Source: Alphaproteobacteria bacterium
GTDB lineage: Bacteria > Pseudomonadota > Alphaproteobacteria > UBA2966
Direction: 5' to 3'
Assembly: GCA_964291395.2 (NCBI GenBank)
Contig: OZ219858.1
Location: forward strand, 608,001-672,000
DNA: 64,000 nt
The translations under genes and the position numbers were made by a program. Below are positions 40,461 to 51,931 of the stretch, piece after piece; positions within the stretch are counted from its first letter, which is position 1; each line of letters opens with the position of its first letter. The notes beneath the pieces were generated by a model. The model made no database searches, was not told the origin of the DNA, and saw nothing but the letters and a program-made list of their open reading frames with translations.

Positions 40461-41249
40461 CTATATAGAGTCGGAATTGCCACGGACAACCCGACCGAGC
40501 GTGAGCACGGAAACCTCTGCCACATCCACAGCCATCAAAGTCCGAGCACAGGCCTCCGCCGTCGCGCCTGTCGTGAAGACATCGTCGACGATGAGCGCAC
40601 GACTATTGCGAAGATCGTGCGTCGCGCGCGGCGAAATGTCGAAGGCTGAACAGACATTGTCGTGTCGCGCGGCCGCGCTCCTCCCCGACTGAGACGGGTC
40701 GTTGCGTAGACGCCGGAGTGCATCGGGCAGTACCGCAACGTCGCGTCGAGTCGACGCTACGGACCGCGCCAGCAAAGCAGCCTGATTGTATCGCCGCTTG
40801 AACAGCCGCCGCCAATGGAGCGGGACCGGAATCACGACGTCGCAGCGATCCAACAGATCGGCGCCACAGCGGATCATCCACGTTCCGAATGTCGCCGCCA
40901 GTTCGGGACGGTCGCCGTGCTTGAAGGCGAGGACCAAGTCCCGACTGGCATCGTCATAGAGAAGGGCGGCCCGCGCCCTCGCGTATGAAGGCCGACGGCG
41001 CACGCAGGCGCCGCAAAGCACATCGTAACCGGGATCGATTTCTATCGGGTAGCCGCATACGGAGCACACCGCCCCCTCGATGAAGTTTAACTTCATCCAG
41101 CATTCCGGACAGAGGTCGCCCTGGCGATCCACAGCGGACCGGCAGCCGACGCAGCGAGGCACGAGAACGACGTCGAGGGTAGCGTGCAGCAGGCGTCGTA
41201 TGGGCCGCTTGAGAAAAGCGGAGGTCTTTTCACTTTCACGACGTCGCAC
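40461..41249 (-). CDS. comF: ComF-family protein (double zinc ribbon plus PRTase domain)
   Basis: Four CxxC pairs, PVPLH, RRYNQA and VDDVFTTGAT. Start (GTG 41249) uncertain. Confidence 0.88.
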   Translation of the reverse strand: MRRRESEKTSAFLKRPIRRLLHATLDVVLVPRCVGCRSAVDRQGDLCPECWMKLNFIEGAVCSVCGYPIEIDPGYDVLCGACVRRRPSYARARAALLYDDASRDLVLAFKHGDRPELAATFGTWMIRCGADLLDRCDVVIPVPLHWRRLFKRRYNQAALLARSVASTRRDVAVLPDALRRLRNDPSQSGRSAAARHDNVCSAFDISPRATHDLRNSRALIVDDVFTTGATAEACARTLMAVDVAEVSVLTLGRVVRGNSDSI

Positions 41250-41326
41250 AGGAACTCCGATCAAATGACTCTCTAATTCCCAAAGACTCTCTTTAGAGAA
41301 GCCTTTCCACGTGCCATATAGAAGGA

Positions 41327-42277
41327 ATGGATGCCGAAATTTCGAGCCTCCCTGTGATTTTCGATCGTGCGGCCGTCCGCACGCATCGCGACAGGGCCGC
41401 ACGATCTCCGGTGGCGCAAGACTTTCTGATCAGAGAATCGGCGGAGCGTCTGCTCGACCGTCTCGAAGACGTAACGCGTCAATTTCCAAGAGCGCTCGAT
41501 CTCGGATGTCGAACCGGAACTTTGGCCCGCATCCTGAAGGAACGGGGAGGCATCAAGAGCATAGTGCATGCGGACCTGTCGTGGGAGATGGTTCGCCGGA
41601 TCTCTCGCTTGTCGTCCTTCGGCCGCACGCTTGCGGGGTCTTGCGTGGTCGCCGACGAGGAGTTGCTACCGTTCGCTCCAAAGAGTTTCGATATCATCCT
41701 CAGCAATTTGTCCCTGCACTGGACAAATGATCTGCCGGGCACACTGGCCCAGCTCAATCGGGCCTTGAAGCCCGACGGACTTTTTTTGGCCACGATGTTC
41801 GGCGGCGATACCTTGTGGGAATTGCGCGAAGCTTTGCTTCAGGCGGAAGCAGAATTCGAAGGCGGAGCAAGCCCGCGTGTGTCCCCTTTCGTGGACGTTC
41901 GGGATGCCGGAGACCTACTCAACCGGGCTCGCTTTGCCCTGTCCGTCGCGGATGTCGATTCGGTGATGGTGACGTATCCCGATATGTTTCGGTTGATGGC
42001 TGACTTGCGCGGCATGGGGGAAACCAATGCGGTCCGGGCCCGACGGCAAAACTTTACCCGGAGAGAGACGTTGATGCGCGCTGACACGATCTACCGGGAA
42101 TTGCACGGCGACGAAGAGAGCCGACTGCCGGCGACGTTCCAGATCATCGCACTCACCGGCTGGGCGCCGCACGCCTCGCAGCCCAAGCCGCGGCGCCCCG
42201 GCAGCGCCACCACGCGCCTGGCAGATGCTCTAGGAACGACAGAGCAGTCCGTCGGCGACAAGGCGAAGCCGGCCTAG
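41327..42277 (+). CDS. SAM-dependent methyltransferase, NDUFAF5/BioC-like
   Basis: IFDR, LDLGCRTG, DEELLPF, LSLHWTNDLPG and DLRGMGE; divergent from comF. Confidence 0.9.
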   Translation: MDAEISSLPVIFDRAAVRTHRDRAARSPVAQDFLIRESAERLLDRLEDVTRQFPRALDLGCRTGTLARILKERGGIKSIVHADLSWEMVRRISRLSSFGRTLAGSCVVADEELLPFAPKSFDIILSNLSLHWTNDLPGTLAQLNRALKPDGLFLATMFGGDTLWELREALLQAEAEFEGGASPRVSPFVDVRDAGDLLNRARFALSVADVDSVMVTYPDMFRLMADLRGMGETNAVRARRQNFTRRETLMRADTIYRELHGDEESRLPATFQIIALTGWAPHASQPKPRRPGSATTRLADALGTTEQSVGDKAKPA

Positions 42278-42289
42278 AATCGACGTCCT

Positions 42290-42697
42290 CTACAGCAGGT
42301 CGCGCAGCATCGCGACAAGTGGAATATCGGCGGGGGGCATGGGAAAGTCCGCCATGTCCCGCGGTCGCACCCATTTGAGCTCCTGGCCTTCACGTGCCGT
42401 GACGAGCCCCTCCCACACCCGGCAGATATACAAAAGCATGAGCAAGTGAAAGTCGTCGTAGGGATACGACGCGAACGTGAACGGGGCGAGGCAGGCCTGC
42501 GTCACGTCGATTCCAAGTTCCTCTCGGAGTTCTCGGATGAGGGCGACTTCCGGAGTTTCGCCATCCTGGACCTTGCCGCCCGGAAACTCCCAGAGGCCGG
42601 CCATGGACTTGCCAAGCGGACGCTGCGCCAAAAGGACCCGCCCGTCGACATCAACGAGCGAAACCGCGGCCACGAAAAGGACAGGAACGTCCGGCAC
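42290..42697 (-). CDS. mutT: Nudix hydrolase, 8-oxo-dGTP diphosphatase-like
   Basis: Nudix box WEFPGGKVQDGETPEVALIRELREELGI and MPPAD. Confidence 0.93.
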   Translation of the reverse strand: MPDVPVLFVAAVSLVDVDGRVLLAQRPLGKSMAGLWEFPGGKVQDGETPEVALIRELREELGIDVTQACLAPFTFASYPYDDFHLLMLLYICRVWEGLVTAREGQELKWVRPRDMADFPMPPADIPLVAMLRDLL

Positions 42698-42707
42698 GGC
42701 TCCAGCG

Positions 42708-43979
42708 CTAAGATCGGTAGTCGGCGTTTATGGAAACGTACGCCCGGGTCAGATCGCAGGTCCAGACCGTGAATCGGCCGCGCCCCACACCGACGTCCAC
42801 CCGAATGTCGATTTCACTGCCTTTCATGTACTGCGTCACCGACGACTCCTGGTAATCCGCCCTGACCATGCCCCTCTCGGTCACGGGCCAGTCCCCGATA
42901 CCGATCACGAGGCGATCACGATCAACCTTTTCCCCCGCCTTGCCGACGGCCATGACAATCCGCCCCCAATTGGGATCGTTCCCCGCAATCGCCGTCTTGA
43001 CGAGAGGTGAATTGGCAATACACAGCCCGATCCGACGTGCAGCCCGGGGTGATTCCGCACCCGATACCGTGACCGTCACGAACTTCGACGCTCCTTCCCC
43101 GTCGCGAACGATCTGTTGTGCGAGGTCGGTCATGACCGCCCGCAACTTCGTCCTGAAATCCGCGAGGCGCGGATCGGCTGCCGTGGATACGCGCCGATGC
43201 CGGGGTGCCTGGCCGGTCGCGAAGGTCAGGACCGTGTCAGACGTAGACGTGTCGCCATCCACCGATATCGCATTGAAAGAGGTGCGATTGGCTGTCACGG
43301 TCAGGTGCTGGAGTACGTCGGTCGGCAACCGGGCGTCGGTGAACACGAAGGCGAGCATCGTCGCCATATCCGGCGCGATCATTCCGGACCCCTTGGCTAT
43401 TCCTGCGATTCCGTATGGCTTGCCGTCGATTTCCGCAACCGCTGTCGCGGCTTTGGGAAACGTGTCGGTGGTACGGATGGCTTCGGCGGCAGAACGCCAT
43501 GCCTTGCCTGACAGGCCACGCCGAAGCCTTGCCAGCGCGCGCGTGATCCGGTCGTGCGGCAACGGCTCACCGATGACCCCGGTGGACGCGAGAAAGACCT
43601 CCGCCGGACGGCAGCTCAATTCGGTCGCGACCGCTTTGGCCACCGTCTCGACCGCCGACATCCCGGCGAACCCCGTGAACGCATTAGCATTGCCTGCGTT
43701 AACGAGAACGGCCCGAGCGCGGCCGGATTTCAGCTTCTCCCGACACCACTCCACGGGCGCCGCGGCGGTCCGAGACCGCGTGAACACACCACCGACAGTC
43801 GTACCCGGCGCCAGTTCGGCCAGCATGACGTCTTTTCGGCCTCTGTAACGGACACCGGCGGCGACCGCGGACAGTCTCACGCCCGCGATCTCAGGAATGT
43901 TTGGAAAGCGCGCGGGAGCCAGTGGTGCTTGGGCGGGCGTTCCGGCACGGGAATGCTTGCCGCCCGATTTGCGTGCCAT
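42708..43979 (-). CDS. argJ: Bifunctional ornithine acetyltransferase/N-acetylglutamate synthase
   Basis: NAGNANAFTG, STGVIGE, KGSGMIAPDMATML, DGEGA and INADYRS. Confidence 0.97.
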   Translation of the reverse strand: MARKSGGKHSRAGTPAQAPLAPARFPNIPEIAGVRLSAVAAGVRYRGRKDVMLAELAPGTTVGGVFTRSRTAAAPVEWCREKLKSGRARAVLVNAGNANAFTGFAGMSAVETVAKAVATELSCRPAEVFLASTGVIGEPLPHDRITRALARLRRGLSGKAWRSAAEAIRTTDTFPKAATAVAEIDGKPYGIAGIAKGSGMIAPDMATMLAFVFTDARLPTDVLQHLTVTANRTSFNAISVDGDTSTSDTVLTFATGQAPRHRRVSTAADPRLADFRTKLRAVMTDLAQQIVRDGEGASKFVTVTVSGAESPRAARRIGLCIANSPLVKTAIAGNDPNWGRIVMAVGKAGEKVDRDRLVIGIGDWPVTERGMVRADYQESSVTQYMKGSEIDIRVDVGVGRGRFTVWTCDLTRAYVSINADYRS

Positions 43980-44179
43980 GAACTACGTTCCTTGGTCCTG
44001 ATCCGAGATTGGCCGACGCTGGGCGGCCGCCCTTATGGCACGCGAAGGCGGGGGGCAGCAAGGAACCCCGTGAATGGGGAACCGACCGTCAACCGCCGTT
44101 GACAGGATGCCGGCCGGACCTTATGTCTCAAAGCAACTTGCCCCAAGGACGTTCCCCTCTCCGGGATCGGGGACACCCA

Positions 44180-46903
44180 ATGTTCTCTGCGCTGGCCAAG
44201 AAATTCTTCGGCACCGCCAACGAGCGCACTCTGGGCGATTTACAGCCCAAGGTGGATGCCGTCAACGCCCTTGAGGCTAATCTCGAAGACCTTGCGGATT
44301 ACGAGCTGCGCGCGCGCACCGACATGTTGCGTGAGCGTCTCAAGAACGGCGAGACCCTCGACGATATCCTGGTCGACGCCTTCGCCACCGTCCGCGAGGC
44401 TGCCAAACGGAAACTCGGACAACGTCATTACGATGTCCAGTTACTGGGCGGAATGGTATTGCACCAGGGCAAGATCGCCGAAATGGCGACCGGCGAGGGC
44501 AAGACACTGGTGGCTACACTGCCGGTCTACCTTAATGCGATCGGCGGCAAGGGCGTTCACGTCGTCACCGTCAATGACTATCTCGCGCGACGCGACGCCG
44601 AGTGGATGGGAGGCATCTATCGGGCCCTCGGACTCAAGGTGGGCGTCATCGTGCACGGCATCGACGACACCGGGCGGCGCGAAGCGTATGCTGCGGACGT
44701 AACCTATGGCACTAACAACGAATTCGGATTCGATTATCTGCGCGACAACATGAAGTTCGTCCTGGACGATATGGTCCAGCGCGAGCATGACTTCGCGATC
44801 GTCGACGAGGTCGACAGCATCCTCATCGACGAAGCGCGCACGCCGCTGATCATCTCCGGACCCGCCGAGGATTCATCAGAGTTGTATCTCGCCGTGGACA
44901 AGGTGATCCCCGCCCTTGAAAAAGGAGATTTTGAGGTCGACGAGAAGGCCCGGTCGGCTACCCTCACTGATGCTGGTGTCGAACGGGTTGAGGAGATCCT
45001 GTGTAAGTCGGGCCAGCTTGAGCACGGCTCCCTCTACGACATCGCAAACATCTCGACCGTCCATCACGTCAATCAGGCGCTGCGCGCGCACAAGCTGTTT
45101 GCCCGAGATACGGACTATATCGTCAAGGACGACAAGGTCGTCATCATCGACGAGTTCACGGGTCGGATGATGGAAGGGCGCAGGTATTCCGAGGGCTTGC
45201 ATCAGGCGTTGGAAGCCAAGGAGCGTGTCTCCGTCCAGCAGGAAAACCAGACCCTCGCCTCAATCACGTTCCAGAACTACTTTCGGCTTTACGACAAACT
45301 CGCGGGCATGACGGGGACGGCTCTGACGGAGGCCGAGGAGTTTGCCGATATATACAAGCTTGACGTCATTACCATTCCTACGAACCTACCCTGTGTTCGC
45401 GACGACCAGGACGACGAGGTCTACCGCACGGCAAACGAGAAATACGATGCGATTCTGGCGCAGATCGAGGAATGCCAGAGGTCAGGCCAGCCCGTTCTCG
45501 TGGGGACGGTCTCCATCGAGAAATCGGAGCACCTGTCGAAGCTCCTCAAAGAGCATAAAGTCGAGCACAACGTCCTGAACGCCCGGTACCACGAGCAGGA
45601 AGCTCACATCATCGCCCAGGCCGGTCGTCTAAGTGGCGTCACGATCGCCACGAACATGGCAGGACGAGGTACGGACATTCAGCTCGGCGGCAACCTGGAA
45701 ATGCGGATCGCTCAGGAAGCCAGTGACATCGACGACGTGGTCAAGCAGGAAAAGAAGATCGCGGAGGTCACGCACGAAGTAGAGAACGACAAGAAAGCCG
45801 TCATCCACGCGAGTGGCCTGTTCATCATTGGCACGGAGCGCCATGAAAGCCGCCGCATCGACAACCAGTTGCGAGGCCGGTCGGGGCGGCAGGGAGATCC
45901 CGGCACCTCCAAGTTCTTCCTCAGTCTCGAAGACGATTTGATGCGGATCTTCGGATCGGAGCGCATGGATACCATGCTGCGCAAACTGGGACTCAAGGAA
46001 GGCGAAGCGATCGTTCACTCGTGGATCAACAAGGCACTGGAAAAGGCTCAACAGAAGGTCGAGGCGCGTAACTTCGATATTCGAAAGAACCTGTTGCGGT
46101 TCGACGATGTGATGAACGACCAGCGCAAGGTCATCTACGAACAGCGCATCGAGCTGATGAAGGCGGAAGACGTGGCGGAAGATGTCGCCAATATGCGCCG
46201 CGAAGTCGTTGAAACGCTTTGCGTCCGCCACGTGCCCGAGAAGGCCTACGCGGAACAGTGGGAGGCAGAGACGCTGTGCTCCGAAGTCCGGAACGTGTTC
46301 GACCTCGATTTGCCAATCGCCGCATGGGCGGCGGAAGAGGGCGTTGGTCCAGTTGAGATCAGAGAACGGCTCGAGCAGAAGGTCGATCGCAAGATGGCCG
46401 AGAAGGCGGCCAACTATGGCCGCGATCTGTGGCGCATGATCGAGAAGAACCTCCTTCTGCAATTGCTCGATCAGCACTGGAAGGAACACCTTCTGGCGCT
46501 CGATCATCTACGTCAAGGCATCGGCCTTAGGGCTTATGGCCAGCGCGATCCCCTAAACGAATACAAGAGCGAGGCGTTCGCCCTGTTCGAATCGATGCTG
46601 ATCGAATTGCGCGAACACGTGACGACGCTTCTCGCACATGTCGAGCTTCACATGGAAAATCGGGAGGGCACACCTCTACCACCCGCGGCCCGGGATCGTT
46701 CGGGTTTCCTCGAGAGTCACATCGATCCCTTCACCGGGGAAGATGAGATGGCTGCGGCGCCTAGCGGTACCGGCACGATGTTGAAAGAACGGCCTAAGCT
46801 CGATCCAACCGATCCCAGCACCTGGGGCAAGGTGCCACGCAACGCACCTTGCCCCTGCGGTTCAGGACGCAAGTACAAGCACTGTCATGGCAAGGCGAGT
46901 TGA
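44180..46903 (+). CDS. secA: Preprotein translocase subunit SecA
   Basis: [32 protein letters not shown] and C-terminal [13 protein letters not shown]. Confidence 0.98.
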   Translation: MFSALAKKFFGTANERTLGDLQPKVDAVNALEANLEDLADYELRARTDMLRERLKNGETLDDILVDAFATVREAAKRKLGQRHYDVQLLGGMVLHQGKIAEMATGEGKTLVATLPVYLNAIGGKGVHVVTVNDYLARRDAEWMGGIYRALGLKVGVIVHGIDDTGRREAYAADVTYGTNNEFGFDYLRDNMKFVLDDMVQREHDFAIVDEVDSILIDEARTPLIISGPAEDSSELYLAVDKVIPALEKGDFEVDEKARSATLTDAGVERVEEILCKSGQLEHGSLYDIANISTVHHVNQALRAHKLFARDTDYIVKDDKVVIIDEFTGRMMEGRRYSEGLHQALEAKERVSVQQENQTLASITFQNYFRLYDKLAGMTGTALTEAEEFADIYKLDVITIPTNLPCVRDDQDDEVYRTANEKYDAILAQIEECQRSGQPVLVGTVSIEKSEHLSKLLKEHKVEHNVLNARYHEQEAHIIAQAGRLSGVTIATNMAGRGTDIQLGGNLEMRIAQEASDIDDVVKQEKKIAEVTHEVENDKKAVIHASGLFIIGTERHESRRIDNQLRGRSGRQGDPGTSKFFLSLEDDLMRIFGSERMDTMLRKLGLKEGEAIVHSWINKALEKAQQKVEARNFDIRKNLLRFDDVMNDQRKVIYEQRIELMKAEDVAEDVANMRREVVETLCVRHVPEKAYAEQWEAETLCSEVRNVFDLDLPIAAWAAEEGVGPVEIRERLEQKVDRKMAEKAANYGRDLWRMIEKNLLLQLLDQHWKEHLLALDHLRQGIGLRAYGQRDPLNEYKSEAFALFESMLIELREHVTTLLAHVELHMENREGTPLPPAARDRSGFLESHIDPFTGEDEMAAAPSGTGTMLKERPKLDPTDPSTWGKVPRNAPCPCGSGRKYKHCHGKAS

Positions 46904-46947
46904 GTCACTTTCGGGGTCGTGGCTTCGATGGCGGTTCAAGCCCAACT

Positions 46948-47913
46948 TCAACCGCCGTAGGTCAAGCCGTTGCGTCCCATTTCTAGGAATTTCTCCCGCC
47001 GGCTCGATTTTAGCTGTCCCCCGTCGAGATTGCCGAGAGACATAAATGCCGTTTCGATGGCGTCTCCGGCGGCGTCGATGGCGCCGAGCGGGCTACGGTG
47101 CGCGCCCCCGATCGGTTCATCGATCACCGTATCGATGATCCCGAAGCTCATGAGGTCCTTCGCTGTGAGCTTTAGAGCCTCGGCGGCTTCCCGTGCGTGT
47201 TCCGCGCTGCGCCACAGAATGGACGCACAGCCCTCGGGAGAAATCACCGAGTAGATAGCGTGCTCCAGCATCATGACGCGGTTACCGGTGGCGAGGGCGA
47301 TCGCGCCGCCCGACCCTCCTTCACCGATCACGACGGACAGAAGGGGAACGCTCAAGGACAGGCAGGCTTCGATGGAGCGCGCGATCGCCTCGGATTGGCC
47401 GCGCTCCTCCGCGCCGATACCAGGATAGGCGCCGGGCGTATCAACGAACGTGATGATGGCGATGCCGAAACGGTCGGCAAGCTTCATCAGACGAGCTGCT
47501 TTTCTGTAGCCCTCGGGCTGAGCCATTCCAAAATTGTGCTGGACCCGTCCTTCCGTTCCACTGCCTTTTTCGTGTCCGATTACCATGACGGGCCGACCAC
47601 GGAAGCGGCCCAATCCGCCCCGGATCGCCGGGTCATCACCGTACGCGCGATCGCCCGCCAACGGGGTAAAACCGTCGATCAAACGCGAGACGTAATCACC
47701 GAAATGTGGCCGATTGGGATGACGTGCGACCTGGGTCTTCTGCCACGGCGTCAGGTTAGCGTACGTGTCCATCAGCAGAGCGCTGGCCTTGGCTTCCAGC
47801 TTGGCGACTTCCTCGCCGATATCTGCATCGCCCGTATCAGCGAGGTGGCGCAACTCCCTGATCTTGCTCTCGAGTTCAGCGATAGGCTTTTCGAAGTCGA
47901 GAAACGCTTCCAT
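46948..47913 (-). CDS. accA: Acetyl-CoA carboxylase carboxyltransferase alpha subunit
   Basis: [24 protein letters not shown] and GEGGSGGA. Confidence 0.97.
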   Translation of the reverse strand: MEAFLDFEKPIAELESKIRELRHLADTGDADIGEEVAKLEAKASALLMDTYANLTPWQKTQVARHPNRPHFGDYVSRLIDGFTPLAGDRAYGDDPAIRGGLGRFRGRPVMVIGHEKGSGTEGRVQHNFGMAQPEGYRKAARLMKLADRFGIAIITFVDTPGAYPGIGAEERGQSEAIARSIEACLSLSVPLLSVVIGEGGSGGAIALATGNRVMMLEHAIYSVISPEGCASILWRSAEHAREAAEALKLTAKDLMSFGIIDTVIDEPIGGAHRSPLGAIDAAGDAIETAFMSLGNLDGGQLKSSRREKFLEMGRNGLTYGG

Positions 47914-48236
47914 CCTGCCGCCGCGTCCTACACCTTCACCTTGCAGGCCGAAAATCTCCGTCGGGCGGTATTTTCGCCCCTCGCCCGGTCTCGTGATCCG
48001 ATCTGCCGGGCCTTCTTTACCATGACTTGAGCTTGGCGAATCACGGAAAGCTCCGAGCGATTCAATCGCGGCGTCGTCTCGTCGACGATGGTGAAGCTCA
48101 TATCGGCCTCTCGGAAGGGTCGCCCCGCGCGGATCCGGGTCCTTGGCGCCGGGGGCCGCACAACATGTCAATGGGTCGGAAGGCTGTCAACGGAAACGGA
48201 CTCTGGCGCCGACGGATGAACGCGCCACCTGTAGGC

Positions 48237-49145
48237 CTAGATACTTAACGGATGATGTTGCGTCACCATCTCCTTCAAACGCTCCTCAAGCACGTGGGTA
48301 TAGATTTGGGTTGTCGAAATGTCCGCATGGCCCAGAATTTGCTGTACGGTCCTGAGGTCGGCACCGTGCGCCAAAAGGTGGCTCGCAAATGCGTGCCTGA
48401 GGACGTGCGGCGATACCCTTGTTGGATCGATCCCCGAGTCGTGGGCAAGGTCCTTAACCATTTGAGCGAAACGCCGTTCCGAAAGATGACCACGAGCACC
48501 CCGCGATGGGAACAGCCACGGCGAGTCCTCATCTACCTTGAGAAAGTGCTGCCGCAAGGCGACGTAGCCGACGATCGCCTCTTTGGCGGACTCGCTCAGA
48601 GGAACGATCCGCTCCTTGTTGCCCTTACCTCGCACCATCAGTACACGAGAGTCCGATCTCGCAGCAGACAGCGGCAGGCTGACGAGTTCCGACACGCGGA
48701 GGCCCGTGGCGTAGAGGGTTTCCACAAGCGCCAGCAATCGCGCTCCATTGGGGCCCGTCGTTACACGTGCCTTGTTCAGCAGCAACTCAACCTCGTTCTC
48801 CGAAAGCACTTTCGGTAACGGACGACTTCGCCGAGGCCCTTCGACGGCGATGCAGGGATCGTCCTCCCGCAGTCCCTCCGCATATAGAAAGCCGAAGAAC
48901 TGCCTCAGGGCGGAAAGCCGGCGGGCCGCGGTCGATGCCGTCAGACCCCTGTCCGACATGAAGGCGAGGTAGTCCCGAACGAGGCCAGTGTCGGCGGAGA
49001 CAATCGGCGCGGCGCGCCCGTGTGCAAACTCAGCGAAATCCTCCAGGTCCCGCTGATAGTTACCGAGAGTCGCCGGCGCGGCACCCCGCTCCGCAGACAT
49101 CATTTCGAGGAACAACTCGATATGCCTATCAGTCAAGTTTTTCAC
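48237..49145 (-). CDS. xerD: Tyrosine recombinase XerD
   Basis: TGLRVSEL, GKGNKER, HVLRHAFASH and LGHADISTTQIYT (complete catalytic set); housekeeping context. Start approximate. Confidence 0.92.
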   Translation of the reverse strand: MKNLTDRHIELFLEMMSAERGAAPATLGNYQRDLEDFAEFAHGRAAPIVSADTGLVRDYLAFMSDRGLTASTAARRLSALRQFFGFLYAEGLREDDPCIAVEGPRRSRPLPKVLSENEVELLLNKARVTTGPNGARLLALVETLYATGLRVSELVSLPLSAARSDSRVLMVRGKGNKERIVPLSESAKEAIVGYVALRQHFLKVDEDSPWLFPSRGARGHLSERRFAQMVKDLAHDSGIDPTRVSPHVLRHAFASHLLAHGADLRTVQQILGHADISTTQIYTHVLEERLKEMVTQHHPLSI

Positions 49146-49182
49146 CGACAGCCAACATGATCCGTGCCGCCCTCTCCCACCA

Positions 49183-51033
49183 CTAAAGGCCCTTCGCGAG
49201 CGCCGATTCAAGTGCCAACTTCCTGGCATCCATTTCAAGACCGACGCCTGTCAGCGCGGACACGACTGCGTGCAAGGTCGTGGGATTGGCGCCGGCGGGA
49301 CCGACCTCACCAAGCGCGAGCAATGAAAGCAGAACCGTCTCGCCCACGCGATCGTTCGAGGACGCGATCTCCAACGCCCGCCAAAGTTGCACCGAAGGCA
49401 GATAGGCGGTGACGGTCAGAGACGATTGCAGCAGTTCTCGCCACAATGTCTCGGGAATATCGTAACCGACCGCATCCATCAAGGTCAGAACCACTGCGGC
49501 CCGCTCGAAGGCATTATCCCTCGACCGCGCCTGCTCTCCGACCCACCAACTGGTGAGGGCATCGGCGTTCCACCCCAGAGAGCCATCGATATCCATGAGC
49601 TGGATGAGGGGCCAAAGATCCAAGATCGCAATGGCGGCATCCGGAGTTTCGTGAGAAGCGTTTTGATACAGCATGTCGAACCAGCGACGCGCGGACGCCA
49701 CATCCCCGGCAGCCAGCAAAGCTCGACCGATCTCCGACGCCGCCCACGCCAAGTCGGGTGACGGTTCGATGGAATTACAGATATCTCGCATGACGCGCGC
49801 CGTCGTATTGAACCCGCCCGCGACACGCGCCCGCGATAGCGCGACGATGACGGCACGGGCCTTCGTTTGCGGGTCAGCCTCGATGGATGCGACCTGGTAC
49901 AGCAGTGCATTGACTCGTGGTCCGGCCTCCTCAACGGCAAGCGTTTGCCACCCCAACCGATCTTCGGGCGTGACTTCGACGCTGGCGTACATCGCCGCCA
50001 GCGCATCGGGCGAAAGGGCACCAGCGGCTTCGGCACGCTCTGCCGCCAGGAGCCGCGTTGTCAACGGTGCATTTGGCGATGTCGCGATGGAGCGCAGTAT
50101 GGCCGGTCGCGCACCCGGAACCGCATCGTCGGGGACATTGAGGCGGGCAGCCCGCAGCATCGCCAAATGCAGCGGCGACGGATCGATCAAACTGCTGGGC
50201 GCTGACTTCAATTCTCCCACGAGCGATGCCACCAGCTCAAAGAAGGCGTCATCTCCGTCTCCGCCCTCCTCCTGCAGCAAGGAAACACCTAGCTGAGCCG
50301 CGGCGCTTTCGCCGTTCAGTGCCTTGCAGAATGTAAGACCCTTAAGCCAATAGGGATCATCGTTATCCCGAAGCAAAGCCTCGATACTGGTGCACGCGCC
50401 GGCGTGATTTCCCGACAGCAACATGCTGTCGACTTCGGCGCGTGCGAGCGCCGTATCCTGGATTCGCGAAGAAGCCAAGCGCAGGAGGTCTCGAACGAGA
50501 TCGGTTTGGCCGCTAGCGCTGAGGCGCTCTACTCGGAGTCCCAGCAAGCTCGGGGCTATGGGAGTGCCTGCCGGAACCCGCGCTTCGGAAAGCAGCAGGC
50601 GACGTGTCAGATCCTGCATCACCGGCGACAAGGTTTGGACCGGAAGACGCGGCATCAGCGTCTCGACGAAGGCGCGATCGCTCCCTGCCCACATGTCAGA
50701 ACTGAACCCACCGTCCTCTTCCGTCAAAAGGCCGACAGAGGACGGATCGATGCTGGCGACTCTGCCGACCACGACATTTTCGCCCTGTTCGATGGATCGG
50801 GTCCTGGATGCAGGACCGGCCCGCGCCGCCGGCTCGTCGACCTGACCCGTCGTGGGCGGCGCACTTGGAACCGTGGAGTCCAGCTGCTGGACCTCGGGGA
50901 CGGGTATCAACTTTATAGGCGGTCCCACCTGCGCGTGAGCCGGCAAACCGAGCAGCCCGATCAGCACCACGCCAAACGACAACCGGCACCGTGACGGGCC
51001 AAGCGACATTCGATCAGCGGGGAAAACGCTCAT
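49183..51033 (-). CDS. Hypothetical exported alpha-helical protein
   Basis: Signal peptide ending PAHA-Q, Pro-rich linker and Ala/Leu-rich helical body; fills the gap up to xerD. Start 51033 or 51009. Confidence 0.8.
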   Translation of the reverse strand: MSVFPADRMSLGPSRCRLSFGVVLIGLLGLPAHAQVGPPIKLIPVPEVQQLDSTVPSAPPTTGQVDEPAARAGPASRTRSIEQGENVVVGRVASIDPSSVGLLTEEDGGFSSDMWAGSDRAFVETLMPRLPVQTLSPVMQDLTRRLLLSEARVPAGTPIAPSLLGLRVERLSASGQTDLVRDLLRLASSRIQDTALARAEVDSMLLSGNHAGACTSIEALLRDNDDPYWLKGLTFCKALNGESAAAQLGVSLLQEEGGDGDDAFFELVASLVGELKSAPSSLIDPSPLHLAMLRAARLNVPDDAVPGARPAILRSIATSPNAPLTTRLLAAERAEAAGALSPDALAAMYASVEVTPEDRLGWQTLAVEEAGPRVNALLYQVASIEADPQTKARAVIVALSRARVAGGFNTTARVMRDICNSIEPSPDLAWAASEIGRALLAAGDVASARRWFDMLYQNASHETPDAAIAILDLWPLIQLMDIDGSLGWNADALTSWWVGEQARSRDNAFERAAVVLTLMDAVGYDIPETLWRELLQSSLTVTAYLPSVQLWRALEIASSNDRVGETVLLSLLALGEVGPAGANPTTLHAVVSALTGVGLEMDARKLALESALAKGL

Positions 51034-51154
51034 CGGACAAGATCTTTTCCACGCGTTCCGACGGAGGAGGAATATCCCACATGGCGAGGAACAACGCTCC
51101 GCCAGCCACGGCCAGAAACATGATGATGGCTACGATATACGGCGCCTTGAACAT
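51014..51154 (-). CDS. Small single-TM protein (46 aa)
   Basis: MFKAPYIVAIIMFLAVAGGALFLAMWDIPPPSERVEKILSDERFPR; overlaps the start of the next gene. Confidence 0.7.
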   Translation of the reverse strand: MFKAPYIVAIIMFLAVAGGALFLAMWDIPPPSERVEKILSDERFPR

Positions 51155-51338
51155 CAAGCAGTAAAATCTCGAGGAGGCGCACCATGGGTCAGGACAGCCT
51201 CCGACCACGTATGCTAAGGTATAATTGTGGCGAAGTTGGGTCAGTGTATCGGCTCACAAATCGGGATTCAACGTCCCGAAATTGCTGCCGAAAATGGGTT
51301 GTCCGCTCGAACCACAATGCCCCTTGGCAACTGATCCG

Positions 51339-51920
51339 ATGTCGATGTCCAGCAAAGCGGCGGCCTCGGCCGTTCTGGATCGCATGATCGTCCTCGTCGG
51401 GCTGATGGGTGCGGGGAAAACCACCATAGGCCGCCGTCTGGCAGCTCGGCTGGAAGTTCCATTCGTTGACGCGGACGACGAGGTTGAACGGGCAGCCGGA
51501 TGCTCCATCACGGACATGTTCGAGGTCCACGGAGAGGCTGCATTCCGCGAGGGCGAAAAGCGGGTCATCGCGCGCTTGTTGGATGGACCGGCGGGTGTTC
51601 TGGCAACGGGTGGTGGCGCCTTCATGAACGAAGAGACACGCGAACGGATCAGAGAGAAAGCTATTTCGATCTGGCTGCGGGCAGATCTGGACGTCCTGGT
51701 GCGACGATGCGCGCGGCGCGACGACCGGCCGCTTCTCAAAGACGGCGACATGCGCGAGACTCTGGAAAATCTGATGGATCAGAGATATCCGTTGTACGGC
51801 GAGGCCAACATCATCGTGGATACCGGTGACAAGCCCCACCGAACGGTCGTCGACAAGATCCTGGATGAACTCTCGGCGGGCGGGTACTTATCGGCAAACC
51901 AATCGGATACTAACGACTGA
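51339..51920 (+). CDS. aroK: Shikimate kinase
   Basis: [23 protein letters not shown] and RPLL. Confidence 0.96.
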   Translation: MSMSSKAAASAVLDRMIVLVGLMGAGKTTIGRRLAARLEVPFVDADDEVERAAGCSITDMFEVHGEAAFREGEKRVIARLLDGPAGVLATGGGAFMNEETRERIREKAISIWLRADLDVLVRRCARRDDRPLLKDGDMRETLENLMDQRYPLYGEANIIVDTGDKPHRTVVDKILDELSAGGYLSANQSDTND

Positions 51921-51931
51921 CTGACGTATCG

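Noticed and set aside
48237-49145. Tyrosine recombinase as a possible prophage or island integrase
   Set aside because: It has XerD-type sequence in housekeeping context, with no att-like repeats, tRNA or phage genes nearby.
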